Part shown: positions 36,965-47,468 of the stretch, one piece after another | How the letters are laid out: each line of letters opens with the position of its first letter | Numbering within the stretch: the stretch's first letter is position 1 | From: an uncultured Verrucomicrobiae bacterium | GTDB taxonomy: Bacteria > Verrucomicrobiota > Verrucomicrobiia > Chthoniobacterales > Chthoniobacteraceae | Reading direction: 5' to 3' | Assembly (NCBI GenBank): GCA_963828525.1 | Contig: CAWHEP010000001.1 | Location: 96,001-160,000, forward strand | DNA: 64,000 nt | Position numbers and translations under genes: made by a program | The notes under the pieces: model-generated | Seen by the model: the letters and a program-made list of their open reading frames with translations, nothing else | The model's database searches: none | What the model was told of the DNA's origin: nothing

Positions 36965-37921
36965 ATGCCCGAGGTAGAGTCGAATTTTCATCCTCCTCTG
37001 TTCCTCCGGAACGGCCATCTTCAAACGATACTGCCTGTTCTCCTGCCCCGGCGGATTCCGGTCACATTCAAGCCCGGCAGGCTCGAACTTGAAGACGGGG
37101 ATTTCCTGGATCTCGGCTGGCGCCAGACTGGAAGCAATAGGGTCGCAATCCTCTCCCACGGACTGGAGGGCAGGTTGGAAAACGGTTACATCCGCGGCAT
37201 GGCGGGTGCCCTGAACGCGGCGGGGTGGGATGTGCTTGCCTGGAATTTTCGGGGCTGCGGAGAGGAAATGAACCGTTTGGCTGGCTTCTACCACAGCGGG
37301 GCGACAGGCGACTTGGGGGCCGTGATCGAGCTTGCCGCGCGAACCTATTCGAAGATCGCTCTCATCGGCTTCAGTCTCGGCGGCAATCTCACGTTAAAGT
37401 ATTTGGGTGAGGCTCCTGTCCACCCTTCTGTGGTTGCTGCCGCCGCCGTGTCCGTGCCCGTCGATCTCGCGGCCAGCGCGCGCCTCCTTGATACCCGATG
37501 GAGCAATGGGCTTTACCTCAGGCGCTTCATCAAGACGATGATCGCCAAAGTGGAAGCAAAGGCAGTTCACTTTCCCGCGGAGCTCGACCTTACCGGTATC
37601 CGGGAGATCAAGAAGTTCCAGCAATTCGACGACAAATATACGGCGCCCCTGCATGGATTTCTTGACGCCGCCGATTATTGGAAACGGGCCAGCTCCCGGC
37701 AATTCCTTCCCGGCGTCACTGTCCCGACGCTTCTTCTAAACGCCCGAAACGATCCATTCTTGACCCCCGAGTGCTTCCCAGCCGAGGAGGCGCGGAATAA
37801 CCGATGCCTTTTCCTTGAGACTCCCGAGTCAGGCGGACACGTTGGATTTCTCGACCTGCGCGCGGGGCTGAATCCATGGTCGGAGCGGCGGGTACCAGGA
37901 TTTCTCAGCGAGGCGTATTAA
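36965..37921 (+). CDS. YheT-family alpha/beta hydrolase
   Basis: NGHLQTI, HGLEG, GFSLGG, NDPF, GGHVGF. Confidence 0.9.
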   Translation: MPEVESNFHPPLFLRNGHLQTILPVLLPRRIPVTFKPGRLELEDGDFLDLGWRQTGSNRVAILSHGLEGRLENGYIRGMAGALNAAGWDVLAWNFRGCGEEMNRLAGFYHSGATGDLGAVIELAARTYSKIALIGFSLGGNLTLKYLGEAPVHPSVVAAAAVSVPVDLAASARLLDTRWSNGLYLRRFIKTMIAKVEAKAVHFPAELDLTGIREIKKFQQFDDKYTAPLHGFLDAADYWKRASSRQFLPGVTVPTLLLNARNDPFLTPECFPAEEARNNRCLFLETPESGGHVGFLDLRAGLNPWSERRVPGFLSEAY

Positions 37922-37983
37922 CGCGGTTGGGTAGGAAGCGAGGCGCCGTTGCCATTTGGCGCCAGCGCCAGCGGCTGAAGGAT

Positions 37984-39417
37984 CTACCAGGTGTAGTGCA
38001 CTGTGTAAGTCACCACTTTTTCCTCGTCCGCCTGGACTGTTTCGCGGAATTCAATTGTGTGCGAATCCAGTTTCGTAAAGTCATCGCTCTTTTCTTTGAT
38101 CGCCCAGTTGTCAAACCGAGAGAGATGCTCGACCACGCGAATTTCGGCAGCCTCTTTTTTGTGATTTCGCAGCTTGATCTCGAACGTCTCATCCAGCCAG
38201 TGGCTATTCTCATGCGACTCGTAGCTCGTCCTGCGGCGTTCACCGGCGAGATCGAAGCTGTTCCCGACATACACCCGGATTGTCTCGTCCTTCGCCGTAT
38301 GATCGATCTCATTTTCGCCGGTAAACTCCAATTGCCTGTCGTCGTCCTGCTGGTAGAAGCGGAGGCGGCCCTTCGGCAAGGGCATGCCAAGGTGGTTTTC
38401 CTCGGAGTTCTTGAATTCCCGCAATATCCATACCTTTTTGTTCATTTTGTTCATTTGAGGGCCGTACTCGCCAGCGCCGCGGAACATGTTGTAATTGCCA
38501 TAGGTCATCGTCGCGCCATCGTAGATGTAAATGCGGGGAGCGTTGACCCCTTGCGCGCGGACGAACTCCACCTGCTTGGTCTCATGGTTTCGCAACGTCG
38601 CGGGATGGTTGATCGTGTATAGGTGGTAATCTGAGAAGGCCTTCTCCGACATAGGGGCGGAAGCCGCATCCAAATCGGCGCCGGCCCGGGCCATCGTAAA
38701 CGCTCTGGTAGCGACGCGGCGCACCCGGTTCACGTCACCCGCCATCAGCTTTATCTTCGCGTCCCGGAATGTTTTGCCCGAGTTGTTGTCAAACGTCACC
38801 CAACCCACGAGATCAATGATGTCGCTCTTTTCCGGGGCCACGATGTTGTAGTCCGAATGCCATGCGAAGCCATCGGTCACGTAAGCCAGTTCGGCATCCA
38901 GTTTGGCGGCTTCTGGCGCGTCCAATTTCCACGCGAGGGTGGGGTTCAGAACCGTGTCATCGTCCAGGGTGGGAAACATTGGCTCCCCGGGCAGCGCAAA
39001 TACCAATCGCCCGTCCACCTCAATGATCGGTTGGGTAGTGTTTTGTCCACCCGCGCCATAGCCGCTCCTGACGATTTTTCCCGTTATTTCCCGATCTGGC
39101 TTCCCGGGCTCACGGGAGTAAAAACTGATTGTCTTGCCCTCGTCGAGGGAGAGGAGCAGGTCGCGAGAGATCGGGTCATTGCGGTAGCTTTGTTCCAGGA
39201 CTCTGAATTGAACCTTCCCCGCGGGGTCGCGCAAAATCACGGAATCCGTTTCGGCGGTCGCAGTCATCCCGGAAAAGCGGGCATCCTGCACGCCTGCCTT
39301 TAAGTCGAGGGGCACGGTTTCCCGCACGACGGCGAACCCGTCATTATAGATTGTAAGAGCGGGGTCGGCGGCAAGAGCGACGTTCGAAAGGAGCAGCAAG
39401 GATAAGATTGTCTTCAT
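37984..39417 (-). CDS. Exported DUF4139-domain protein
   Basis: Signal peptide, LTIYNDGFAVVRE, KLMAGDV, LGMPLPKG, IDHT. Confidence 0.85.
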   Translation of the reverse strand: MKTILSLLLLSNVALAADPALTIYNDGFAVVRETVPLDLKAGVQDARFSGMTATAETDSVILRDPAGKVQFRVLEQSYRNDPISRDLLLSLDEGKTISFYSREPGKPDREITGKIVRSGYGAGGQNTTQPIIEVDGRLVFALPGEPMFPTLDDDTVLNPTLAWKLDAPEAAKLDAELAYVTDGFAWHSDYNIVAPEKSDIIDLVGWVTFDNNSGKTFRDAKIKLMAGDVNRVRRVATRAFTMARAGADLDAASAPMSEKAFSDYHLYTINHPATLRNHETKQVEFVRAQGVNAPRIYIYDGATMTYGNYNMFRGAGEYGPQMNKMNKKVWILREFKNSEENHLGMPLPKGRLRFYQQDDDRQLEFTGENEIDHTAKDETIRVYVGNSFDLAGERRRTSYESHENSHWLDETFEIKLRNHKKEAAEIRVVEHLSRFDNWAIKEKSDDFTKLDSHTIEFRETVQADEEKVVTYTVHYTW

Positions 39418-39528
39418 GGTGGGGCAGGGGAGAGTGGGCCAAGCATACCCGGGTCAAACGGCAATAAGAAGAAAACTTGCGCTCGTATTTGAGAACAGCT
39501 CCGCGCGGTGGGATAGATGGCGCTTGCC

Positions 39529-41139
39529 ATGCTTTCCATACGCGATCTGAAAAAAACCCTCGGTGGGAGAACTCTATTCGAGAACGCCTCGATGCAGGTC
39601 AACTACGGGGAGCGGGTCGCGCTGGTGGGACCCAATGGCGCGGGAAAGTCCACTCTCTTCTCTATCATCCTCAAGCGGGACGTTCCGGATACTGGCTCCG
39701 TGGAGCGCGACGAGTGGACAATGGTGGGCTACCTGCCGCAGGAAGCTGAGGCTGTTGGAGAGGAAAGCGTAATGGATGTGGCGACGGGGCGCGCCGGTGA
39801 GTTGCCAGCCTTGGAGCGCCAGCTCCACGCGCTGGAAAAGGCCGGCCAGGTGGACGGCGCTGAATACGCCGAGGCCCATGCCAAGCACGAGGCGCTCAGC
39901 AATCCACAAGTCGACGCCCGGGCAAAAAAAATCCTCTCAGGGCTTGGCTACCGCGAGTCGGATTTCGAACGGGGAGCGCGGGAGATGAGCGGCGGCTGGA
40001 TCATGCGAGCGCATCTTGCGCGTCTGCTGGTTATGGAACCCGACCTGCTCCTCCTCGATGAGCCTACCAATCATCTGGATCTCCTCTCCCTGCTCTGGCT
40101 TCAGAACTACCTGAAAACCTATTCCGGAGCCGTGCTGCTCATTTCTCATGACAGGCAGTTCATGGATGAAATCGTTGAGACGGTCTTTGAAATCTCCGAG
40201 CAAAAATTGACGTCTTACACTGGCAATTACTCCGAGTTTTTGCGTCAGCGCGAGGCGCGGTATGAACAGCAGGCTGCCGCTTACAAAAATCAGCAGAAGG
40301 AAATCGCCGCCCTGAGAGAGTTTTACGACCGGTTCCGCTCGGTTGCCTCCAAGGCTTCGCAAGCAATGAGCAAACTCAAGCAGATCGAGCGCATGGAGTT
40401 GATCGAGAAGCCGACCCCGCCTCGCAAACCCTTCCGCTTCCAGATCCCCGAGCCTCCGAGGGGCGGTTCCAGGGCGATTACGCTGGAGGGCATCCACATG
40501 GCTTACGGCGCGAACAAAGTTTACGAAGGATTGGATCTAACGATTGAACGCGGCGAACGCACCGTGCTCGTGGGTCCCAATGGGGCGGGCAAATCGACAT
40601 TGCTCAAAATCCTGGCTGGCGTTCTGGATTTTCAGAAAGGCGAGCGCAAGCTTGGCCACAATGCGCGCATCGGCTACTTCAGCCAGCATCGCGCGGATAC
40701 GCTGGACGCGGAAAAGACCGTTCTTGATGAAGTTCTGGCAGCCGCGCCCGTCCTCCGGGAGGATGACGTGCGCGGCATACTGGGATCTTTCCTGTTTCGC
40801 AAAGACGAGATTTATAAGAAGACCGCGGTGCTCAGCGGCGGGGAAAAAAGTCGTTTGAACCTCATTAAATTCCTTGTTGATCCGCCGAATCTTCTCCTCA
40901 TGGATGAGCCAACCACCCATTTGGATATTCACACAGTCGAGTCTCTCATCCTCGCGCTTGCCTCCTACGAAGGTTCGCTCGTGTTCATTTCGCACGACGT
41001 GCATTTCATCCGAAAGCTCGCCACAAAGGTGCTCCATGTAAATGCCGGACGCGTGACGCCGTATGTAGGCGGCTACGATTATTTCCTTGAAAAGTCCGGC
41101 GCGGGGTCCGACGAGCGGGCCGCCCTCACGGCGGGGTAA
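39529..41139 (+). CDS. ABC-F family ATP-binding protein
   Basis: Two ABC domains (GPNGAGKS twice, MSGG/LSGG, DEPT twice), no TM segments. Confidence 0.93.
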   Translation: MLSIRDLKKTLGGRTLFENASMQVNYGERVALVGPNGAGKSTLFSIILKRDVPDTGSVERDEWTMVGYLPQEAEAVGEESVMDVATGRAGELPALERQLHALEKAGQVDGAEYAEAHAKHEALSNPQVDARAKKILSGLGYRESDFERGAREMSGGWIMRAHLARLLVMEPDLLLLDEPTNHLDLLSLLWLQNYLKTYSGAVLLISHDRQFMDEIVETVFEISEQKLTSYTGNYSEFLRQREARYEQQAAAYKNQQKEIAALREFYDRFRSVASKASQAMSKLKQIERMELIEKPTPPRKPFRFQIPEPPRGGSRAITLEGIHMAYGANKVYEGLDLTIERGERTVLVGPNGAGKSTLLKILAGVLDFQKGERKLGHNARIGYFSQHRADTLDAEKTVLDEVLAAAPVLREDDVRGILGSFLFRKDEIYKKTAVLSGGEKSRLNLIKFLVDPPNLLLMDEPTTHLDIHTVESLILALASYEGSLVFISHDVHFIRKLATKVLHVNAGRVTPYVGGYDYFLEKSGAGSDERAALTAG

Positions 41140-41211
41140 ACGGCGCCTGCCTCAGCGCGGCGCGAAGATAATTGTCTGGCGCGTAGGCGCGTCCATGATT
41201 AAAAATCTGTC

Positions 41212-42330
41212 ATGAACCAAGTCGGAAGATGCACCAACCATTCCGGCTGTCTCCTCGCTTACCGGAACGAAGAGATAACCGTGGCGGACGGCGAATTCGT
41301 GTGCCCGGAGTGTCACAAGCCTTTGCAGCCCGTTGGAGGATCGAAGAAGTCGGGCGTTGCGATGATTGTGATCGTCGCCGTCGTAGTACTCCTCACCGCT
41401 GCCGCTACCGCGTTTGTATTTTCCCGCATGGCGCATCCCAAACAGGAGCCTGAAGCCAGTCCTGCTCCCTCTGCCACCCCTCCCGAGGTCGCAGTGGCCG
41501 TCGCAAACGTCACGCCGGAAACTGCTTCCCCCGCGCCAACCGCTGAGCCTTCCGCGTCTCCGATCGCGATGACTCCCGCGCCATCTGTTGCTGTATCTCC
41601 CACGGCAGCTGCCCCTATCCCCACAGCCACGCCGATGCCCACTGCGGAGCCCAGCGCGAGCCCGATGCCCGCGACGCCCACCCCGGAGCCTTCTCCCTCG
41701 GCTTCAGCCACGCCCGCGCCGACCCCCATGGCTTCAGCGACTCCAGCGCCTGAGATCGTAACGACAACTCCTGCTCCCAGTCCCATGCCGAGTGTGCCAG
41801 CGCCGTCGCCGTTGGATGATTCCGCTAAACCGGCCGCCTCGCCTACTGTGGCCGCGATAGACTTCGGTACCGAGAACAAGGAAAATCAGGACGTGAAAAG
41901 CGAGGTTCTAAAGCGCATCGATCTGATGCCTGGCCTCTCCGCCGACAGCAAAGACAAGCTCTATGTCAGCGTTGAGCGCGCGCGGAAGATGGGCAAGGTC
42001 ATGACGATTCCATTCGCTTCAGGGAGGAGTACACTTGCGAGCGCGGATGTGGATTCGTTGAAGGTGAAAATGCAGGATCCCAAGATCCAGCAACTCCTGC
42101 AGGATCCCACAGTAGTGCTCGTGATTCTCGGGTACGCGGACAGGAAGGGCGATGAAAAAGCCAATTTGAAAATCTCTCAGACGAGAGCGCTCAACGTCCT
42201 GGCATCGCTGCGAGATCGTTGCGGCATCGATAACGTGATGCACTCCGTGGGAATGGGCGGCTCCACGATGTTTAATGCGGGAGGGGCCGAAAAAAACCGC
42301 GCTGTCGAAATATGGGCGGTGCTGCCCTGA
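41212..42330 (+). CDS. Zn-ribbon/TM/Pro-Thr linker/OmpA-like domain protein
   Basis: CTNHSGC...CPEC; TM AMIVIVAVVVLL; ILGYADRKG...ISQTRA...KNRAVEI OmpA_C motif. Confidence 0.8.
   Translation: MNQVGRCTNHSGCLLAYRNEEITVADGEFVCPECHKPLQPVGGSKKSGVAMIVIVAVVVLLTAAATAFVFSRMAHPKQEPEASPAPSATPPEVAVAVANVTPETASPAPTAEPSASPIAMTPAPSVAVSPTAAAPIPTATPMPTAEPSASPMPATPTPEPSPSASATPAPTPMASATPAPEIVTTTPAPSPMPSVPAPSPLDDSAKPAASPTVAAIDFGTENKENQDVKSEVLKRIDLMPGLSADSKDKLYVSVERARKMGKVMTIPFASGRSTLASADVDSLKVKMQDPKIQQLLQDPTVVLVILGYADRKGDEKANLKISQTRALNVLASLRDRCGIDNVMHSVGMGGSTMFNAGGAEKNRAVEIWAVLP
41450..41850 (+). repeat. Low-complexity Pro/Ala/Thr/Ser linker with degenerate repeats
   Basis: PTAEPSASP twice, ASATPAP twice (GGCTTCAGC at about 41700 and 41730). 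Confidence 0.75.
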
Positions 42331-42340
42331 GCGGCGTGCC

Positions 42341-44640
42341 ATGCCCGCCGCTTTTCTGACGGTAGTCACAGAGCTGCCAACTCAGACTTTTGAGCTCAAA
42401 AACAGCCCCGTCGTAATAGGCAGGGCGCCTGACGCCGAGTGGCAGTTGAATCACCGGGAAATCTCCCGCCGGCACTGTCAGATTCTCAAAGAGGGGGAAG
42501 AGTGGCAGTTGGAAGATCTCGCCAGCCGTTGGGGAACACGGGTTAATGGATCTCCGCTGGCAGCCAAGGGTACTCCTAAAATCCGGGGACAAAGTTTCTC
42601 TGGGCCCAGTGCTTCTTCTTTTTAGCCTGGTACATCCCGCCCAGCGAAACCGAGTTGGCAGCCGTCAGGGATTCCTTCGCGAACCGCGAACCCGTTCCTG
42701 TTCTTCTTCGCGGCCAGGAGGTGAGCAGGATTGCCCTCTCGGCGCCGATGACGCTTGGGCGCGAAGAGGGTGTGGACATCCTCCTGGCAGACCCCGCCGT
42801 CTCCCGGAAGCATGCGGTCATCCAGCAGGGCGCGACGGGCTTTCGGGTGGTAGACCTCAATAGCACCTCAGGTTCCTTTGTGAACGGGAAACGCTTTGCC
42901 GAACACGACCTTACCATCGGGGATCGACTCCAGGTAGGGCCGTTTTTCTTCCAATTTGACGGCCGCGGTCTGCTTCGCGCGGCGAGCGTTTCGGGAGCCG
43001 CGATTCGCGCCGATCAGGTGTGCAGGGCGGCAGGAGGCGCCACCATCCTGAGCGACCTCACCTTGAACGTGGCCCCTTGCCGCTTTGCCGGAATCCTGGG
43101 CCCCAGCGGCGCCGGCAAATCCACTCTTCTCGATATTCTGAGCGGGCTCCGGCCGCCGTCTTCCGGCAAAGTCTTTGTCGATGAAGTCGATATCTATGCT
43201 GGCGGTGGTAGCACTGAGGCCGGATACGTTCCGCAGGACGACCTCGTACACCGGGAGTTAACCGTCAGCCAGGCGCTCCGGTTTAGCGCGCGCCTGCGCC
43301 TGCCAAAGGGGACGCCCCCGCTTGAGCTTCAGAAGCTCATCATCCAGACCATGGAGCGCCTGGGGTTGCGGGACCGCGCTGCAACCAGGATATCTCGCCT
43401 CTCCGGGGGCCAGCGCAAGCGCGTCAGCGTCGCGGTCGAGCTTCTAGCCAGGCCCGCCATTCTTTTCCTGGACGAGCCGACATCTGGTCTCGACCCCGCG
43501 ACAGAGTTTACGTTGATGGAACTGCTCCGCGAGCTGGCGGATACCGGATGCACAGTGGTATGCACCACGCACGTCATGGAGAACGTTTATCTCATGGACC
43601 GGGTCGCCGTGTTGCTCAGAGGAAATCTGGTGTTTGACGGCTCGCCCCAGGAGGCCCGGCAATACTTTGGCGTGCAGCGGCTCTCCGGTCTATACGAACG
43701 CCTCGAGGAGCGCCCCATCGGGGAATGGCGCGAGGCGTATATTGAATCTCAAGGGCCTGAACCTGCCCCCTTGCTCGACGGGCTCGGCGCCAAATCAAAC
43801 GCGCCCGCGATCCATTCCCGTCAAAGGCCTAGCTTCCTGTTTGTTCTGGCTATCCTGCTAACGCGCCAGTTTGTCATTATAAAATCTGACTGGAGAAACC
43901 TGCTCATTCTGTTTGGGCAGCCCGTTGTGATAGCAGGCTTGGTCTCGTGGGTGAGCCACGACGTATCGCTCGCCTTTTTCTTCGCTTATATCGCCACCCT
44001 TTGGTTTGGCTGCAGCAATGCCGCGCAGGAAATCGTGAGGGAGATTCCCATCTATAGGCGGGAGCGCATCATTGGCGCTGGTCGGAACGCTTACCTTGCG
44101 AGCAAGTTCATTTTTCTGGGTGTAACAACGCTTCTGCAGGGGCTTATCCTCTATGCCTGCCTCCTTGTGTTCATGGGGGGGGCTGACGGTTCGTGGGCCT
44201 GGCAGTGCGCGGGAATCTTCGGTATCGCCCTTTCAGCGGTGGGAATCGGACTGGCTATCTCCGCGCTCGTCCAAAATGTCACGCAGGCCGTGTTTCTCGT
44301 CCCGCTCGCTCTTATCCCCCTCATCCTCTTCTCGGGTTACACTGTTCCTGCAAACGAGATGAAGCCTTCTGTCTTTGCCTTCAGCCGGGTGACACCCAGC
44401 TTTGCCTCACAGGTGATGATGGACACCAGCTTCCTCTGGAATCAAAAGATTGCGCGCGCCACGCTTGCGGATCATTGGACGTCCTTTCGGAATCTGAACA
44501 GGGATGGCGAGATCAGAACCGGAATGATCTACACCAAGGCTACCCCCGCCTTGTTTGCCCTGCTGACGCACGCGGGATGGATCCTAGTATGCTATATCGC
44601 CGCCTTCGTGGGTTTGCGCCTCCACGAAAAACGCGAGTGA
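42341..44640 (+). CDS. FHA-FHA-ABC ATPase-ABC2 permease fusion (Rv1747-like), two apparent +1 frameshifts
   Basis: FHA1 IGR...ISRRH...SRWGTRVNG; FHA2 LGR...VSRKH...STSGSFVNG; GPSGAGKS, LSGGQ, DEPTSGLD; C-terminal TMs; extra G at about 42560 and 42630. Confidence 0.85.
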
Positions 44641-44663
44641 TAGCGTTTTCCGCCAATCCGGCG

Positions 44664-44724
44664 GTGGCGGAGCGACTTGGGTCGACGCCGATGCAGGTGG
44701 CTCTGGGCGTGGTTGCTTCACCGG
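44664..44724 (+). pseudogene. Tiny aldo/keto reductase remnant
   Basis: VAERLGSTPMQVAL followed, after one extra G, by AWLLHR, matching the AKR TPxQVALAWLL motif. Confidence 0.5.
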
Positions 44725-44752
44725 TTGCCGCTTCCGCTGAGGCGGTGAAGCA
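44714..44752. terminator. Inverted repeat between convergent genes
   Basis: TGCTTCACCG ... CGGTGAAGCA 10-bp perfect arms. Confidence 0.5.
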
Positions 44753-44756
44753 CTGA

Positions 44757-47346
44757 TTACGGCGCGCTTACAACCACTGACGTGGTGGCTGGCGCCAGCC
44801 CATCGGATGAGACCGTAAGCGTGACTTTGCCGGTAGTGCCGTAGCGGGTTTTTAGCACCGCCAGAGCAAGGCCATGAAAAGCCTTATGCCGTGTTGCCTG
44901 GAAGGACTCATGGTTGGTGGCATCGCCATTATCCAAGCCGGCTATATCAGCAGCCGTTCCTGCGGTACTAAAGCTAAGGTCGTTCGCTGCATCGGGGCAG
45001 ACAGTCCCATTCCGATCAGTGATCGTCGCTTTTATAAAGGAAAGGTCCTGTCCGCTGGCGATAAGATTGCTTCGATCCGCCGTCAACGTGATGGCGGCCG
45101 GAGCCTCGGCCGTTCGCACGATATCCGTGGCAACGACTTGTCCACCCTTCATGGCCAGTGCCTTTAGCTCGCCGGGCGCGAAAGCGACATCCCACGCCAA
45201 ATGCAACCCCGGCAGCTTGGTAACAATCTCATTATTGTTTTTGTCTCTGCGAATGTTGATTTGTTCGGCGCAATCCGCGGGAAAGTTATGGGAGCCGAGA
45301 GATTTGCCATTGAGGAATAGTTCCACGGAATCCGCATTGGTGAACACCCGGACGGGAATGCTCTTCCCTTCGAAACCTGGCCATGTCCAACTCATGGGCA
45401 GGATATGAACCAAAGGTTCGGGCCTCCACTGGCTCTTGTATAGATAGAATCGATCCTTGGGGAATCCGCACAGGTCGACGATGCCGAAGTAAGAGCTTCG
45501 CGAAGGCCATGCATAAGGAGTTGGTTCACCAAGATAATCAAACCCTGTCCAACAAAATTCGCCTGCTACAGCGGGCGCTTTCTTGACCTCGATCAGATCA
45601 GTTTCCGCGGTACAGGCCCAGCTCGTATGGAAGTAATCGTAGCAGGAGAGCTGCCGGGAATCCGGCCTCGGCTCGATTTGAACCTTGCCTGAGGAGTCCA
45701 GGCGAAGGCCGTATTCTCCGCGGGTGTCGGTACATGAACTGGTTTCGCTTCCCACCAGCGGAAGCTGGCCCGCGTATTCCTCCGGCTCGCGGAGCCCGCT
45801 GGCAGGGCCATTCTTCGAGTACCAGGATGTGTTGTAGTTGATTCCAAAGACGTCCAGGGCTTTTGCCAAACCGGAGGACCAATCCATGGCGGGGGATGGA
45901 CAGGCCGACGTGACGGGACGGGTGGATCTCCCGATGACAGATCGCCACCAGGCGTTTCGCGATCTCTCCAGCCACCGGTTTGCCTTCACGGCCTTCCGGA
46001 ATCTCGTTCCCGATGCTCCACAGGATGATGCTGGGGTGATTCCGATCCCGATCCAGCATGCTGACCATGTCCGGTTCGCTCCATTGATCGAAGGAGCTGC
46101 CGTAGCCATAGCGATGGTGGCTTTCCTTCCATTCATCGAACGACTCGTCCATGACCAGGAATCCCATTTGATCGCAGAGCTCCAGTAGTTCGGGCGACGG
46201 CGGATTATGGCTTGTGCGAATGGCGTTGCAGCCGAATGATTTGAGTATCTCAAGTTGGCGCTCTATTGCGCGGCGATAAGCCGCCGAGCCCAGGCATCCG
46301 AGGTCGTGGTGATCGCAAACGCCTTGAATCTGAATATGCCGGCCGTTCAGGAAAAAGCCTCTGTCCTTGGTAAAAACGAAGGATCGAATCCCGAAGGGTG
46401 TAGTTAGGGAATCGACCACCTTGTTGTTGACGCGAAGCTCGCTGACGGCACGATAAAGCGCCGGAGTTTCCAGCGACCACAACCGAGCCGAGGCTAACGG
46501 GAGGGACTGCTCGAACGTGCAAGTCGAGCCCATACTGACCTCCTGGGCGGTCTCTTCGCGCGCTACTTCTTTTCCGCTGGGGTCGAGCACTACTGTCGTC
46601 AGGACAGCCTTTGTCGAAGCGGCGCCATGGTCGGCGGCTACCTGCGTCTTTACTAGGACCTCGGCTCCGTCGGCCCCGGCTTTGGGCGTCGTGACGAAGG
46701 TTCCCCACTGCGCGATGTGAATAGGCTGCGACGTAATCAGCCATACGTGTCTATATATCCCGGCCCCGGAGTACCAGCGGCAACCGGGCTGGTCCGCTTG
46801 CAAACGCGCCGAGAGCACATTTGGGATGACGCCGTGATTCAGAACCGATGTCACGTCGTAGAAGAAGCTCGTAAACCCATACGGATGGCTGCCCAGCTTC
46901 TGACCATTGAGGTAAACGTCCGCGTTTTCGTATGCGCCATCAAACAAGATGGTGACATGCTCCCCTTGGCCTGTGGCTGGAAGGCTGAAAGTTTTGCGAT
47001 ACCAGCCGATGCCACCATTCAAGTAACCACCTCCACTTCCGGCCGCCGAGTTTTTATCGAATGGGCCGTCCTGTCCTCCTTGTTTTTGAGGATCAGGGTT
47101 GGGAGCGCCTTCGATGCTCCAGTCGTGCGGCAAGTCCACGGCTTTCCATGTCGAATCATCGAAATTTACTTGTTCCGCTCCGATTGCCTCCCCGTAGTGG
47201 AAGCGCCAGGAGTGATCGAAAAGAATTGTTTGTCGCGGCCCAGCCGCAACGGGCGTGTCCGAGGCAGTAATTTGACCGATCCCACCAGCAGGCGGGAGAA
47301 GGGAAACGAATGCCCAGAAGAGGGCTGACCAACGGGGGTGACTCAT
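44757..47346 (-). CDS. Glycoside hydrolase family 2 (beta-galactosidase-like), frameshift at about 45930
   Basis: Signal peptide, LPHDW, RWYSGAGIYR, IRTSHNP, WSIGNE acid/base, GSET, WTGFDYLGEP split over two ORFs. Confidence 0.9.
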
Positions 47347-47468
47347 AATGCAATGCTCTGATCCCAGCCAAACCGAAGCCAGCTTAAAAACCAAACGCGT
47401 GTGATGGAATGGCGGAGCGCCGGGGTTGCAAAGATCCTGCCTTCCGATAATCACTAGATGTCTCCAGC

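Noticed and set aside
38438..38456. 9-bp tandem duplication (TTGTTCATT twice) in the DUF4139 gene
   Set aside because: In frame, only two copies; trivial slippage
41450..41850. Possible CRISPR or DNA repeat array
   Set aside because: Repeats are degenerate, in frame and encode a Pro/Thr linker; no spacers or cas genes
42540..42660. Programmed frameshifting in the FHA-ABC gene (also GH2 at about 45930)
   Set aside because: No slippery heptamer; same small-indel pattern as the rpoC error
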